Both the position numbers and the translations under genes were made by a program. From the NCBI GenBank assembly GCA_963701095.1, contig OY969564.1, positions 1,664,001 through 1,728,000 on the forward strand: DNA of 64,000 nt. The letters run 5' to 3'. Numbering within the stretch: the first letter of the stretch is position 1; each line of letters opens with the position of its first letter. The DNA comes from an uncultured Methanoregulaceae archaeon. Lineage in GTDB: Archaea > Halobacteriota > Methanomicrobia > Methanomicrobiales > Methanospirillaceae. The notes below the pieces were generated by a model, which worked only from the letters and a program-made list of their open reading frames with translations, searched no databases and had not been told where the DNA came from. Shown in pieces: positions 42,622 through 53,885 of this stretch.

Positions 42622-43479
42622 TCAGACCCTCCCCAGGAGATATAAGATCGCGATGTTTCCTGCTCCCAGAATAAGGGCAACCGCCCATGAGCTCTTCACC
42701 GCGAGTTGCCATTTTACTCTCGCGTTTGTATTGTCTATTGCTAGTTCGAGCAGGTAGACAATGATGATTGCGATGATTGCAATAAGCCAGTTTACCGCAA
42801 AGAACAAGAAGACAAAGCCGAGTAAAAATACCATTTCGTACCAGTGTGCCACTTCAATAAAACCGAGGTTTGGGCCCGAAAACTCGGTCATCACGCCTTT
42901 GACGATTTCCTGGTGGGCATGATGCGATGTGGAGATATCGAACGGGGATTTGCGCAGCTTGATCGTAAGGATGTAGATAAATCCGAAGAAAACGCCGGGA
43001 AGGAGGATTACAAGGTAGCCCGGGAACCCGGCGATGTCGCTCACGTTGAAGGATCGCGTGACAACATACATCCCGACGGCGGCAAGGAGGAGCATAGGTT
43101 CATAGGCCATGATCTGGATCAGTTCCCGTTCCGCACCTATATGGCTGTACGGCGAGTTTGCCGCATAGGCTCCAAGGACCAAAAATACCTCGGCAAGTGT
43201 AAGTGCAAAAACGACTAGCAGGAGGTTTCCGCCGGCAAAGAAAAGCGCCCCGGCAAAAATAGCAAAGACAAAGTAACTGAGCACATAGAAATGCTGCGTA
43301 TCGTTTACGATAGCGCCCTCCTTCTCGAAGAGTTTTCCGACATCATAGAATGACTGGAAGATCGAAGGACCGACACGGCCCTGCATATGGGCAGTCACCT
43401 TGCGATCGATACCGGCGATCAGGCCACCAATAGCCGGCGCAAGCAGAATAAACACCACTGCCCCGACAAGGGAGATCAT
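42622..43479 (-). CDS. echB: Ech hydrogenase membrane subunit B
   Basis: DRKVTAHMQGRVGP, KSPFD.S.SHHAHQE. Confidence 0.92.
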   Translation of the reverse strand: MISLVGAVVFILLAPAIGGLIAGIDRKVTAHMQGRVGPSIFQSFYDVGKLFEKEGAIVNDTQHFYVLSYFVFAIFAGALFFAGGNLLLVVFALTLAEVFLVLGAYAANSPYSHIGAERELIQIMAYEPMLLLAAVGMYVVTRSFNVSDIAGFPGYLVILLPGVFFGFIYILTIKLRKSPFDISTSHHAHQEIVKGVMTEFSGPNLGFIEVAHWYEMVFLLGFVFLFFAVNWLIAIIAIIIVYLLELAIDNTNARVKWQLAVKSSWAVALILGAGNIAILYLLGRV

Positions 43480-45395
43480 GGAAAACCTCCTCCGGTAACC
43501 GCTGCAGCAAACATTGCAACGATAAAGATCGAACAGATACAGATACCGGTTGTACAAAGTCTAGCCTCACCGAACCATGATCCGACATAATAGTTGGAAA
43601 GTTTCATCTCGGTTTTTGCCCCCAGCGAATTCTGGAAATGCATATCGTGCGTAGTCGCCACCCCTCCCATATACGGCGGAAGTTGACGGTGTTTCCGGTG
43701 GGGAAGAAGGATACTCAGCGGCAGGAGGACGATGAGGAACATCATCATAATCATGATGAGGATGTTGTCCTGCGACAACTGGGCTGTGCTCCCGTAATTC
43801 GCGAGCAGGAACGGTTCAATAAGGATGGCTGAAATGACTGGAAATATAAAGCAGGTGATAATTGTAAGGCCGGAAAGGGAAACGAGTGCCACCCATTCGT
43901 TTTTATCGACGAGTCCCTCCACGTTCTCTGCGTCCGGTGTTATTACCAGGAGTTTTCCCATCCATTTCGCCCAGAAAAAGAGGGTCAGGGCACTACCGAA
44001 GATCAATATTACGACAAAGACAAGGCCGAAGGGTGCATCGATAAACGCTTGGATTGCGGCCCACTTGGAGATCAGCATCCCAAACGGTGCAAGGAACATC
44101 CCGGCGATCCCGATAACCATCATCGCCGCGATCCTGGGCAGCCTGACGATAAGTCCGTTCATATCCTCGATCTCCCGGCTTTTAATCCTGTGTTCGACGG
44201 TTCCTACACACAGGAACATGAGCGACTTCGAGATTGCGTGGAAGATGATCAGGAGAATTGCTGCCCAGATAGCTTCATAGGTCCCGATTCCCGCACAAGC
44301 TACAATGAGCCCGAGATTGGCGATTGTAGAATACGCAAGCACCTGTTTTGCGTTTGACTGAGAGATTGCAATCCCGGACGCGACAAGGAAGGTAAATGCA
44401 CCCACCAAAGCGAGGGCATATCCTATGGTTGTACCATGGAACACCGGGGCAAACCGGACAAGGATATAGACACCGGCTTTTACCATAGTACTTGAATGAA
44501 GAAGGGCCGAAACGGGAGTTGGGGCAACCATGGCACCGACAAGCCACGAAGAGAAGGGCATCTGAGCGGCTTTTGTGAGGCCGGCAAATCCGATAAGGGC
44601 CGCCGGAATGAGAACAAGTGCTTTTCCGGAGATGAGTACCTGATCAAGACCAAGCATACCCGTTGGCTGGTACGTCAGGTAGACGATAGCCGCAGCAAAT
44701 GCAATGCCTCCCAGCAGGTTCATCCATAAAGCGGTAAACGCGTTCTTTGTTGCCTCCTCGGTTTTGGTAAATCCGATCAGGAGGAAGGAACAGAGTGTCG
44801 TCACTTCCCAGAAAAAGAAGACCCAGACAAGGCTGTTCGAGAAAACAAGCCCGAACATCGCGGAGATAAACACAAAAATAATGAGAAAAAACATATTGGT
44901 CCGGTCGGGGATCCCGGTATGGTGCTGGTAAAAATGCCGCATATAACCGAGCGAATATACGCAGATCAGGCTCCCGATGATTCCTACGATTAGTGCCATA
45001 ATGATCGAGAACTGGTCGATAAAGAGGGGGGACTTTACAACGACTGCCGGAGTTGCGGCAGTTTCAAACCAGACTATCAGCACGGTCTCGACAAGAGTGA
45101 GCGCTATAACGAGGTAATTGCGGAATTTGACGGCAAAACCAAGGATGATAAGTGTGATTACCATCTCAAGGACAAACATCAGCAGGTTGACCTGCTCGGC
45201 GTTGAAACTGTAATATACAGTTCCCTGGCTGAACTGGGTCAAAAGAAGCAGAACGGTCACTGCCCCGATTGCCAGCGCAGAAAGTTTTACAATCCATCCC
45301 CGCTCATAATCACGGCGCACGGCCAGCATGAAAAACGCCGTTATAAGGGGGAAGAGGATAAGAAAGAGTAACAGTTGCACGCTTATATCCACCAA
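43476..45395 (-). CDS. echA: Ech hydrogenase antiporter-like subunit A
   Basis: FWEVTT, AMVAPTPVSALLHSSTMVKAG, LAYSTIANLG. Confidence 0.92.
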   Translation of the reverse strand: MVDISVQLLLFLILFPLITAFFMLAVRRDYERGWIVKLSALAIGAVTVLLLLTQFSQGTVYYSFNAEQVNLLMFVLEMVITLIILGFAVKFRNYLVIALTLVETVLIVWFETAATPAVVVKSPLFIDQFSIIMALIVGIIGSLICVYSLGYMRHFYQHHTGIPDRTNMFFLIIFVFISAMFGLVFSNSLVWVFFFWEVTTLCSFLLIGFTKTEEATKNAFTALWMNLLGGIAFAAAIVYLTYQPTGMLGLDQVLISGKALVLIPAALIGFAGLTKAAQMPFSSWLVGAMVAPTPVSALLHSSTMVKAGVYILVRFAPVFHGTTIGYALALVGAFTFLVASGIAISQSNAKQVLAYSTIANLGLIVACAGIGTYEAIWAAILLIIFHAISKSLMFLCVGTVEHRIKSREIEDMNGLIVRLPRIAAMMVIGIAGMFLAPFGMLISKWAAIQAFIDAPFGLVFVVILIFGSALTLFFWAKWMGKLLVITPDAENVEGLVDKNEWVALVSLSGLTIITCFIFPVISAILIEPFLLANYGSTAQLSQDNILIMIMMMFLIVLLPLSILLPHRKHRQLPPYMGGVATTHDMHFQNSLGAKTEMKLSNYYVGSWFGEARLCTTGICICSIFIVAMFAAAVTGGGFP

Positions 45396-45844
45396 CCGGA
45401 ATTATGGTAATCTTTCATTATTAATCGTATTGAATTGGTCACGCTCTTCCCGAAAGCTCAAAAAAACGGTGAAAATTTTTTTCCGAATCTTTTGGATTGT
45501 TTTACCAGCATAACCGATTCGTGAAGATATCATGAAAAGAACACGTTCGCGAGGCTTACCGCCCCCAGAATAATTATGATAAATTTTAATGTAACAAAAA
45601 TGCAGTAATACTGTCCTGATGGGGGGTGGCCGGCGTGGCAGGGACTTATCGGGTCCCACAAGACATGGCACCATCCTGAAGGGGTATCAAAACAAACAGG
45701 GCACGGCCGGAGTCGGTGCTCTGTTATTACAAACCTGATGTGTTATGGACTTAATATCAGATCGGCTGTTCTGGAGAAGCAGTGTCCCGTATCAGGACCC
45801 CGTCTGAATACCAGAATTCCACAACATATCAGGGAGGTCAGGGA

Positions 45845-47905
45845 ATGTTGGAAATTACCGTTGTCGTTTTAATAAGCGTCATTGCACTGATCGTGGCGGG
45901 CCTTCTCGCACGCATTGTCCTCGCACAAGATGAGGGCACACCTAAGATGAAGGAGGTCGCCGACGCGATCCGGGTGGGTGCAGAAGCATTCATCAAGCGA
46001 CAGTATTCGACCATCGCAATTTTTGCGATAGTACTTGCTGTGGTTATATTCTGCGTGTACTATGTCACCGGTCAGCAGGCGTTTGCCGTTGACACGTCTC
46101 TTGCGTACCTCTTTGGTGCGTTCTGCAGCGCCCTTGCCGGGGTCATAGGTATGTCAGTAGCTGTCAGGTCAAACATCCGCACGGCGGCTGCAGCCCAGGA
46201 GAGCGCAGCAAAAGCCCTTAAAACCTCGTTCCGGGGCGGTGCGATCTCAGGCCTGATTATCGTCGCGATGTCCCTTCTTGGCGTCTCGCTTACGTACTAC
46301 GCCCTTGGCGCAAACCCGCAGGTCACGCCGTTTATTATCATCGGCTTTGGCTTTGGTGCCTCGTTTGTTGCCCTCTTTGCTCAGCTTGGTGGGGGTATCT
46401 ATACAAAAGCTGCTGATGTCGGTGCCGACCTTGTGGGTAAGGTTGAGGCCGGTATTCCTGAAGACGATGTCCGAAACCCCGCTGTTATCGCAGACCTCGT
46501 GGGAGACAATGTCGGGGACTGTGCCGGTCGTGGCGCAGACCTCTTCGAATCCACCGCGGCTGAAAATATCGGTGCGATGATCCTCGGGGTTGCACTTTTC
46601 CCGGTCTTCGGTGAGAATGGCGTGCTCTTCCCCATCGTGATGTGTGCATTCGGCCTTCTGGCAAGTATCATCGGCATTCTCGCAGTAGGTATTCTGACGG
46701 TTGAAGGAAAGGAAGGCGCTGACCCTATGACCCCTATGAACATAGGGTATTACTTTACAGCAATTATCAGCGCGATCCTCCTGTATGTGGCCGTGAACTG
46801 GCTCCTGCAGGGCATAATCTGGTTCTATCTCGCAGGACTCGTCGGCATTGTCCTATCGGTACTGTTCCTCAGGGTGACTCTTTACTACACCGACCACCAC
46901 TACCGGCCCGTGAAAGAGATTGCTGATGCCTCCGAAACAGGAGCGGCAACAAACATCATCACTGGTTTCTCGGTCGCCCTTGAGACCACGGCAATCCCAG
47001 CCATCCTTATCGGTGCAGCCCTCCTCCTCGCCTATCAGTGCGGCACAATGACCGGCATCCAGTACGGTGGGATCTACGGAACTGCGGTTGCAACAATTGG
47101 TATGCTCTCGGTCTGCGCCTACGTACTTGCCATGGACGCGTTCGGCCCCATTGCCGACAACGCTGGTGGAATCGTCGAGATGAGCCAGGCTCCCGAAGAG
47201 GTTAGGAAACGCATGGATGCACTTGACGCAGCCGGTAACACCACAAAAGCCCTGACAAAAGGATACGCAATCGGAAGTGCCGCTCTTGCAGTCTTCCTGC
47301 TCTTTAATGCTTATATGATGGATATCTCCCGTTTGATAGGGAAGGTATTTGATACCGTCAACCTCGCATCAATCCCGGTCTTTGTCGGGGGGCTTCTTGG
47401 CGCGATGCTTATCTTCCTCTTTGCGGGCTTTGCAATCCGGGCCGTCTCCAAGACTGCCCAGTACGTGATTAACGAGGTCCGTATCCAGTTCAAGGATCCG
47501 GGCATCATGGCGGGTACGAAAAAGCCGGATTACGCCCGAGTTATCGATATCACTACGCGCGGGGCACTCTGGAACATGGTTATCCCCGGCATTCTCGCTG
47601 TGGCATTCCCCATCTTCATCGGTGTTACCATGAAGTACGAAGCACTCGGCGGGTTCCTCCTCGTCGGAACCATCACGGGTATCCTGTTCGCCCTTATCCT
47701 CAACAATGGTGGCGGCGCATGGGATAACGCAAAGAAATACATCGAAAGTGGTGCTCATGGGGGCAAGGGAAGCGAGGCCCACAAGGCAGCTGTCATCGGC
47801 GACACTCTTGGCGATCCCTTCAAAGACACAGCGGGTCCCTCTCTCCACGTGCTCATCAAGCTGCTTGCGACGCTCTCGCTTGTGCTTGCACCGTTGTTCA
47901 TCTAA
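45845..47905 (+). CDS. hppA: Membrane-bound ion-translocating pyrophosphatase, predicted K+-independent
   Basis: GGGIYTKAADVGADLVGKVE, DNVGD, DNAGG, GNTTKA, GDPFKDT; GGAGGT RBS. Confidence 0.95.
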   Translation: MLEITVVVLISVIALIVAGLLARIVLAQDEGTPKMKEVADAIRVGAEAFIKRQYSTIAIFAIVLAVVIFCVYYVTGQQAFAVDTSLAYLFGAFCSALAGVIGMSVAVRSNIRTAAAAQESAAKALKTSFRGGAISGLIIVAMSLLGVSLTYYALGANPQVTPFIIIGFGFGASFVALFAQLGGGIYTKAADVGADLVGKVEAGIPEDDVRNPAVIADLVGDNVGDCAGRGADLFESTAAENIGAMILGVALFPVFGENGVLFPIVMCAFGLLASIIGILAVGILTVEGKEGADPMTPMNIGYYFTAIISAILLYVAVNWLLQGIIWFYLAGLVGIVLSVLFLRVTLYYTDHHYRPVKEIADASETGAATNIITGFSVALETTAIPAILIGAALLLAYQCGTMTGIQYGGIYGTAVATIGMLSVCAYVLAMDAFGPIADNAGGIVEMSQAPEEVRKRMDALDAAGNTTKALTKGYAIGSAALAVFLLFNAYMMDISRLIGKVFDTVNLASIPVFVGGLLGAMLIFLFAGFAIRAVSKTAQYVINEVRIQFKDPGIMAGTKKPDYARVIDITTRGALWNMVIPGILAVAFPIFIGVTMKYEALGGFLLVGTITGILFALILNNGGGAWDNAKKYIESGAHGGKGSEAHKAAVIGDTLGDPFKDTAGPSLHVLIKLLATLSLVLAPLFI

Positions 47906-47998
47906 AAAATATTTTTTTCACGATTTTTCCTGTTCAGGGAACCATAAAAGGGAGCCCTACATTCCTAATTCGCGTACTTTGGGAAATTTCTGACCAGA

Positions 47999-48400
47999 TT
48001 AGCAGTTGGTATCAACAATCGGGAGGGGGACCTCGCTCTTATTAAAGGAAAGCGCTTCTTCTGCGATGATCCGTATCATGCAGGCGTCGCACGGATCTTG
48101 CCGACCGGTTCCCAGAAAAGCGTAACCAGAAGCAAGCATTTTAAGGGAATTTCGTGAGATTTCACGGAGATCCGCATCCCGATCAACAGCGAGCGGTTTG
48201 AGATGCGCGGTAGCCCCGGGATCTCCAAGAGCCCCCAGCATACCTGCTGCCATTACCCGGACCCATTTATCCTCCGCATTGAGACCACTTACCAAGTATT
48301 CAAAGAGAGGCTTCTGGAATTTTTTTACTGCCACGGCCGGATTTTGAACTACCGTTTCCCCGGACTTTTTTCTTTTACCGTAATTAATTTCGCCTTCCAT
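47999..48400 (-). CDS. HEAT-repeat protein with a C-terminal CxxC
   Basis: DKWVRVMAAGMLGALGDP; PCDACMIR.IAEEAL. Confidence 0.6.
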   Translation of the reverse strand: MEGEINYGKRKKSGETVVQNPAVAVKKFQKPLFEYLVSGLNAEDKWVRVMAAGMLGALGDPGATAHLKPLAVDRDADLREISRNSLKMLASGYAFLGTGRQDPCDACMIRIIAEEALSFNKSEVPLPIVDTNC

Positions 48401-48545
48401 CCGAATCACTCTGTCACTTCAGTGAAAGTGATCTTTGGCGGTAACGGTCTTTTCAATATTTGCAACCTGCATTTGCATGGCATAAGCGCAAAGATGCCAA
48501 AAAAACAAAACTTCTGGCAACAAGGATGGATGAAAAGGGAGGAGA

Positions 48546-50767
48546 TCAGCTGCAACCGGTCCAGCCACAGTGTTTGCAGATACCCTGATTGCAGCCTTCG
48601 CCAAAGTCAAGCGGACTGCGGCATTCGGGACAGAGCCGCTGTTCACCTGTTTTCTTTATATTCCAGTCATTTAATGTCGCTACACTCTGGTTTTTCGCCG
48701 AGAGTTCAATACATCTTCCTACAACATCTGCGCAGGAATGGCCTTCCGAAGAGGGATTTTTTATGGCGGAAATACAGTTCACTTTTGCAAACTGTTTAAC
48801 AAATTTACCGTAGGGCACTCCGTTCTGGAGTCCGGTGCTGATTGCCCGGCCAAGAGCGCTGTTATTTGCATCACAACCGCCACTTCCGACCGTCCGGATA
48901 AAAACTTCCATCGGCGTATGCTCCATCATGTTTACTGTTACGTAAAGACGACAGCATCCAGACTGGCAAAGATAGGTACGACCGGCAAGCTCCCGTGGCC
49001 GGTCGATAGAGAGAGAGGGTATTTTCTCCGGTACTGCCCTTTTTACTGATGCGGTCGTGGCGGGTTCTGTCTCTTGCTGATCAGCCGGGCTTTTATCTTT
49101 CAGGGAAAGTACCACGTCATCCCTGCTCCCCGTCCGGTAGATGGTGATGCCCTTGAGACCTAATTTCCAGGCCATAAGAAGGGCTTCCTCGCAGTCCTCC
49201 TTAGTCGCTGAACAAGGCATATTGATTGTCTTACTGATGGAGGCGTGGACATGTTTCTGGAAACTAACTTGCATGAGGATATGATCGCGCCATGAGATGT
49301 CAAGTGCCGTTTTAAATAGCGAGAGGAACTGCTGGGGCAGCCAGTGAAGGTCCTGAACCGACCCAGTCTCATGGACATGGTTGATGACCTCTTCAGCCTT
49401 CTTCGCCCTCTCGTCACCGGCGTACCCATCCCGGAAAGGGTGTGAATAATAGCTTCCTTAAAGACCGGGTTGACGATTACAAAGGTTTTTCCGACTGTAT
49501 TCTTCCGGGTGTAGGCAAAGGAGAAGATCGGCTCAATACCACTTGAGCACCCAGCCAGAAGCGAGATCGTTCCGGTCGGCGCAACGGTAGTCATCGCGGC
49601 ATTGCGCACGGTAAAATCCTTCCAGCAGCTTCCTTTCCATGCCGGGAACGTCCCTTTTGTCTCGGCGAGCTTATGAGATTCGGCAACTGCTGTTTCTGTC
49701 ACGATTTTCATAACCTGCTCGCACCACGATCTACCTTCAGTTGAATCGTAGGCAAGACCTACCATGAGCATGGCATCGTGGACACCCATGACGCCAAGAC
49801 CAATCTTCCTCGTCCGCCGGGTTGCTTCGCCGATCTGCGAGATCGGAAAAACGTTTTTCTCGATGACGAGATCAAGGAACCGGGTCGCCATCTGAGCAGT
49901 CTCGCGAAGCAGTGGTTCGTTGAGAACTCCATCATTGACGCAAGTAGCGAGGTTGATACTCCCCAGTACACAGCTTTCATAGGGCAGAAGTGGCTGCTCT
50001 CCACAGGGATTCGTGGTGTCGATTTCACCTAGATGGGGTGTTGGGTTATGCCGGTTGATCTCATCATAGAAGAGAATGCCGGGTTCTCCGTTCTTCCAAA
50101 TACCGTTTACAATCCCAGTCCAGATCTGCCCGACGGTGATCTTTTCACCAGATCCCTCGCGGGTGAGCCAGACGGTGTCAAACTGCTTTTTTGAGACAAG
50201 ATCCATAAACTTGTCGTTGACCATGACGGAGATGTTGAAATTTGCGATCTCGCCTTCTTTTTTCTTTGCAGCAATAAAAGCAAGAATATCCGGGTGCCAG
50301 ACATTGAGGATTCCCATGTTTGCCCCCCGGCGGCGACCGCCCTGTTTGATCACATCAGTGGCCGCATTAAAGACCTTCATAAAGGATATGGGGCCTGATG
50401 CGACACCGTCCGTGGACTGCACGGGCGAGCCTTCCGGCCGGATATGCGAGAAATTGTAACCCGTGCCCCCACCAGTCTTGTGGATGATGGCACCCTCTTT
50501 CATCGCGTCAAAAATCCCGCAGATAGTATCCGGGACCGGAAGTGTAAAACATGCAGAGAGCTGACCGATCTCGGTTCCTGCATTCATAAGTGTCGGGGAA
50601 TTGGGCAGAAATCGCAGTGAGATCATTGCCTCATAAAAACGGGCTTTTTCAGATTCATCGTCTGCCAACGCCGAAGCTACGCGGCGGCAGATATCGGTAA
50701 AAGTGTTCTCACCCTTCCGCAGGTAGCGGGCTGAGAGGATGCTGTCGACGACGGATGGTTGGTTCAT
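48546..50767 (-). CDS. nrdJ: Class II (AdoCbl-dependent) ribonucleotide reductase; frameshift at about 49426
   Basis: PNSPTLMN, LSACF, TNPCGEQPL, APTGTIS, ISKTIN, KGITIYR; C-terminal SCAD and CxxC..CxxCG zinc ribbon. Confidence 0.93.
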
Positions 50768-50868
50768 GGCATGACCTGTGCTGGTTTTATCGAGATCTAA
50801 AAAGGACTATTTAACGGATGAAATATTAATCACGAAAAGAGTTATAGGTTGTTGTTGAGGGCCATGGG

Positions 50869-51285
50869 TTAACGGGGGATTATGATCCGGTTGATACCAT
50901 GAATCACGCCGTTGGTGCAGGTAATATCCGGAACGGTCACCATAGCGCCACTAAAAAGAACTGCTCCCCCTTCTTCCGTTATCTCAACAGTGATTCCCAA
51001 GCGGGTTTTAGGGAAATTCAATCTCTTCATTATAGCGCACGGCAGGTTGCCAAAGAGGATGTGGTACTGGAGAACCCGCATCAGCTTTCCCTGTGGATCA
51101 GCCATGAGAGATTCTAATATTTCGTTGGGTACACTCCGGAACGCTTCATCTGTCGGGGCACAGAAGGTAAACGGACCTCTCCCGCCAAGCAGGGTATCAA
51201 AGCCGGCGGCTCGAACGGCCCCGGTCATGATTGAGAACCGGTAGTCAGCCGCAAGCGTCTCAGTAATGGTAACCTGTGGTGACAT
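50869..51285 (-). CDS. Fasciclin (FAS1) domain protein
   Basis: GPFTFCAPTDEAF, LQYHI, NGVIHGINRII. Confidence 0.88.
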   Translation of the reverse strand: MSPQVTITETLAADYRFSIMTGAVRAAGFDTLLGGRGPFTFCAPTDEAFRSVPNEILESLMADPQGKLMRVLQYHILFGNLPCAIMKRLNFPKTRLGITVEITEEGGAVLFSGAMVTVPDITCTNGVIHGINRIIIPR

Positions 51286-51364
51286 GTCAGAGGGTTGTCA
51301 ACAAATCAGTACTTCGTTCTCGCGCTCCGGTAAATACTCTTTTTCCTAGTGCCTGAGTTGTTAT

Positions 51365-51547
51365 TTAGCAGCCTGATCCCAGATCTACCGTCATATCATT
51401 TGCGAGCCTGCTGTAACGCTTTGGGTTTGCATCAAACTGCTTCTTGCAGTAGTTACAACAGAAGTAATAATCAGCATCCCTGTAGGTGCTCTTATACTTG
51501 GCATCCTCTTCATCAACTATCATAAAACAGACCGGATCTGTGGCCAT
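51365..51547 (-). CDS. YHS domain protein
   Basis: DPVCFMIV..Y...YYFCC..CK..F..NP..Y. Confidence 0.85.
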   Translation of the reverse strand: MATDPVCFMIVDEEDAKYKSTYRDADYYFCCNYCKKQFDANPKRYSRLANDMTVDLGSGC

Positions 51548-51732
51548 AGACTTACCTCTTTTGGTATCACACAATCTTACTTATCTTTCAGATAAAGGTG
51601 TTGTATTTGAAAAGAAGACGTGGTAGGGGGTGTCTAAAATCGGATTTTTCGGGTGTAGAGACAGGAACATCTGTCTCCCAAATCCAAACCCTGCGAATAA
51701 GAGAAAAGATCAGGATAGATCTTTATTTTCTG

Positions 51733-52383
51733 TTAGAACCCTTTTCCGAGCCGTTTTCCCATATCAAAAGCCTTTTTGCATTCGTCCGGGAAGATTTTCT
51801 CGTGTCTTTGGGCTTTTACTACCGGATCAAACCCAGATGAGACATATTTTGCATAATCATCAAATTGCAAAGTGTCGGTTACCATAAACCACTCTGATGG
51901 GCCAAAAATCCGCTCAAGTATTGCCGCTGTAAGCCGGAACTGCGCTTCATATTCCATATCTTTTACACGGTTCTCATCGGCGCCCATGGTATAGATAAAC
52001 CCTGTCGCCATCTTTTTTGGGAAAAGTGAGGATCGTACCGGGTCATAGACAATATAGGGATAGAGTAATCGTTCCAAGAATGACCGCATCTCACCTGTTG
52101 CCGTACCTACGTAGATTGGCGAACCGAGGATAAGGGCATCAGCTGATAGGATCTTTTCAAGCACCGGTGTCAGATCATCTTTTAATGCACATTTACCGTA
52201 GCTTTTCCCACCCACGAGCTTGCAGGAAAAACAGCTGGTGCAGCCTTTGTAATCCAGGTCGTACAAGTGCACAAGTTCCGTTTCTGCTCCTGTTGATGCC
52301 GCGCCTTTGAGGGCATGTTCGAGTAGCTGTGCCGTATTCCACGTCTTGCGTGGACTTCCGTTGATTGCGATTACGTTTGTCAT
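51733..52383 (-). CDS. Iron-sulfur flavoprotein/flavodoxin family
   Basis: NGSPRK..NT, CTSCFSCK..C, LGSPIY. Confidence 0.88.
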   Translation of the reverse strand: MTNVIAINGSPRKTWNTAQLLEHALKGAASTGAETELVHLYDLDYKGCTSCFSCKLVGGKSYGKCALKDDLTPVLEKILSADALILGSPIYVGTATGEMRSFLERLLYPYIVYDPVRSSLFPKKMATGFIYTMGADENRVKDMEYEAQFRLTAAILERIFGPSEWFMVTDTLQFDDYAKYVSSGFDPVVKAQRHEKIFPDECKKAFDMGKRLGKGF

Positions 52384-52395
52384 GTGTCCACCTCA

Positions 52396-52979
52396 TTATG
52401 ATTTCCCTGCGGTCCCCATCATCTTAAGGAGCCATGCTATGTTCTTCCCTGCATCTCGGGCACGGCCGACACCTTCTTCGTCTTTGTGAACATCCCCGAT
52501 CTCTCTTCCGACGCCAAGAACCGGGAATGCCGGAACAACCATTCCGGTGGCAAGCAGGAAATGGAGCATGGTATCAAGGGTACAACTTCCCCGGAACGCC
52601 GCACTGCAGCAACGGCCATCCCCGCTTTGCGCTGGTAAAGGCCCCCGTTTGCCATGGACACGAACCCCGCCCGGTCGATCAACCCTTTCATCTCAGTGGT
52701 CACGTCCAAGAAATACACCGGTGAACCAAGGATAATCCCATCTGCTTCGACAATCCGGTCGATACAATGGTTGATGATGTCGTCATCGAAAACGCAATGG
52801 CCGTCCTTGTTCTCGAAACACTTCATGCAAGCTGTACATCCCCGTACCTTCTTTCCACCGACCTGTATGAGCTCGGTTTCGATTCCTTCGCCTTCCAGTA
52901 CCTCGAAGATGTAACCGATCAGAATGGAGGTATTCCCCTTTTTCCGGGGACTTCCATTGAATGCAATAACTTTTGTCAT
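52396..52979 (-). CDS. Iron-sulfur flavoprotein (Isf); frameshift at about 52590
   Basis: NGSPRKKGNT, CTACMKC..C, AVRRSG; corrected end DEEGVGRARDAGKNIAWLLKMMGTAGKS*. Confidence 0.85.
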
Positions 52980-53049
52980 CGCAGGTCACCTTGTTACTTT
53001 CTTTCTATGCATAAGTACACGATATAATCGATATCCCTTGTAGGTTTCA

Positions 53050-53832
53050 TCATACATTCTCCTTTATCGCCGATGATTCCTCACGGGTGGCAAGAATTCC
53101 ATTCAGCGCCGCTGGGAACCCCGCGTACAGAGAAATAAGCAGCATGATTTCAACGATCTCAGGTTCTGAAAGACCGGCCCGGAGTCCACCACCAATATGG
53201 AACCGGAGCTGAGAAGGGGCTGTCCCTTTTGCAGCGAGAGCGGCAATCGTCGCCACCTGACGGTTGCGGATTGGAAGAATACCTCGTGCGTAGATGTCAC
53301 CATAGCCGAATTCAATCACGTACCTGGTAATATCCGGGTTGATAGGATCGAACGTTTCTTTGAGGAGTCGTTCCTGGTCGGGTGCGATCTGCGAGAGCAG
53401 TTTCTTTCCTCGTTCGTACCTATCCTTGGTACCAGCATGGACTGAAGCCTTAGAAAGAGTCTGGCCGGTTTCTTTTAAAACGTCCATGAGCGTGCCTATT
53501 GCGTTCAAAGTTGCCGGAAAACCGGCATACCCGCACATCTGTATGATGATCTCACGGATTTCTTCAGGGGAACAACCTACATGGAGCGCCGCGTGAATAT
53601 GAACCTTCAGCTGGGGTGCAGCCGTCCCCATGGCGGTCAGGGCGGCGACGACTGCCTGTTCTTTTGTCTTATTGTCGAGAATATCCCGGGTATAGATTTC
53701 CCCGAAGGAATATTCGATAAGATACCGGGCAAGGTCGGGACAAAAACCGTTTAATGTCTCCTCAACCCTGATACCCGCCTCACCGTCTATTTCAAGGAGT
53801 TTTTCCCTCCCTATTCTTGCATAATCAGCCAT
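53050..53832 (-). CDS. Tandem carboxymuconolactone decarboxylase (CMD) family protein
   Basis: Two copies of E(Y/F).(F/Y)G.IY.R..L..HI..AL..G..E..YAGFPA.LN. Confidence 0.88.
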   Translation of the reverse strand: MADYARIGREKLLEIDGEAGIRVEETLNGFCPDLARYLIEYSFGEIYTRDILDNKTKEQAVVAALTAMGTAAPQLKVHIHAALHVGCSPEEIREIIIQMCGYAGFPATLNAIGTLMDVLKETGQTLSKASVHAGTKDRYERGKKLLSQIAPDQERLLKETFDPINPDITRYVIEFGYGDIYARGILPIRNRQVATIAALAAKGTAPSQLRFHIGGGLRAGLSEPEIVEIMLLISLYAGFPAALNGILATREESSAIKENV

Positions 53833-53885
53833 ATCAGCACTTGACTACCAGGTGTATTAATCGTTCCTTTTGCGGATTATCAGCC

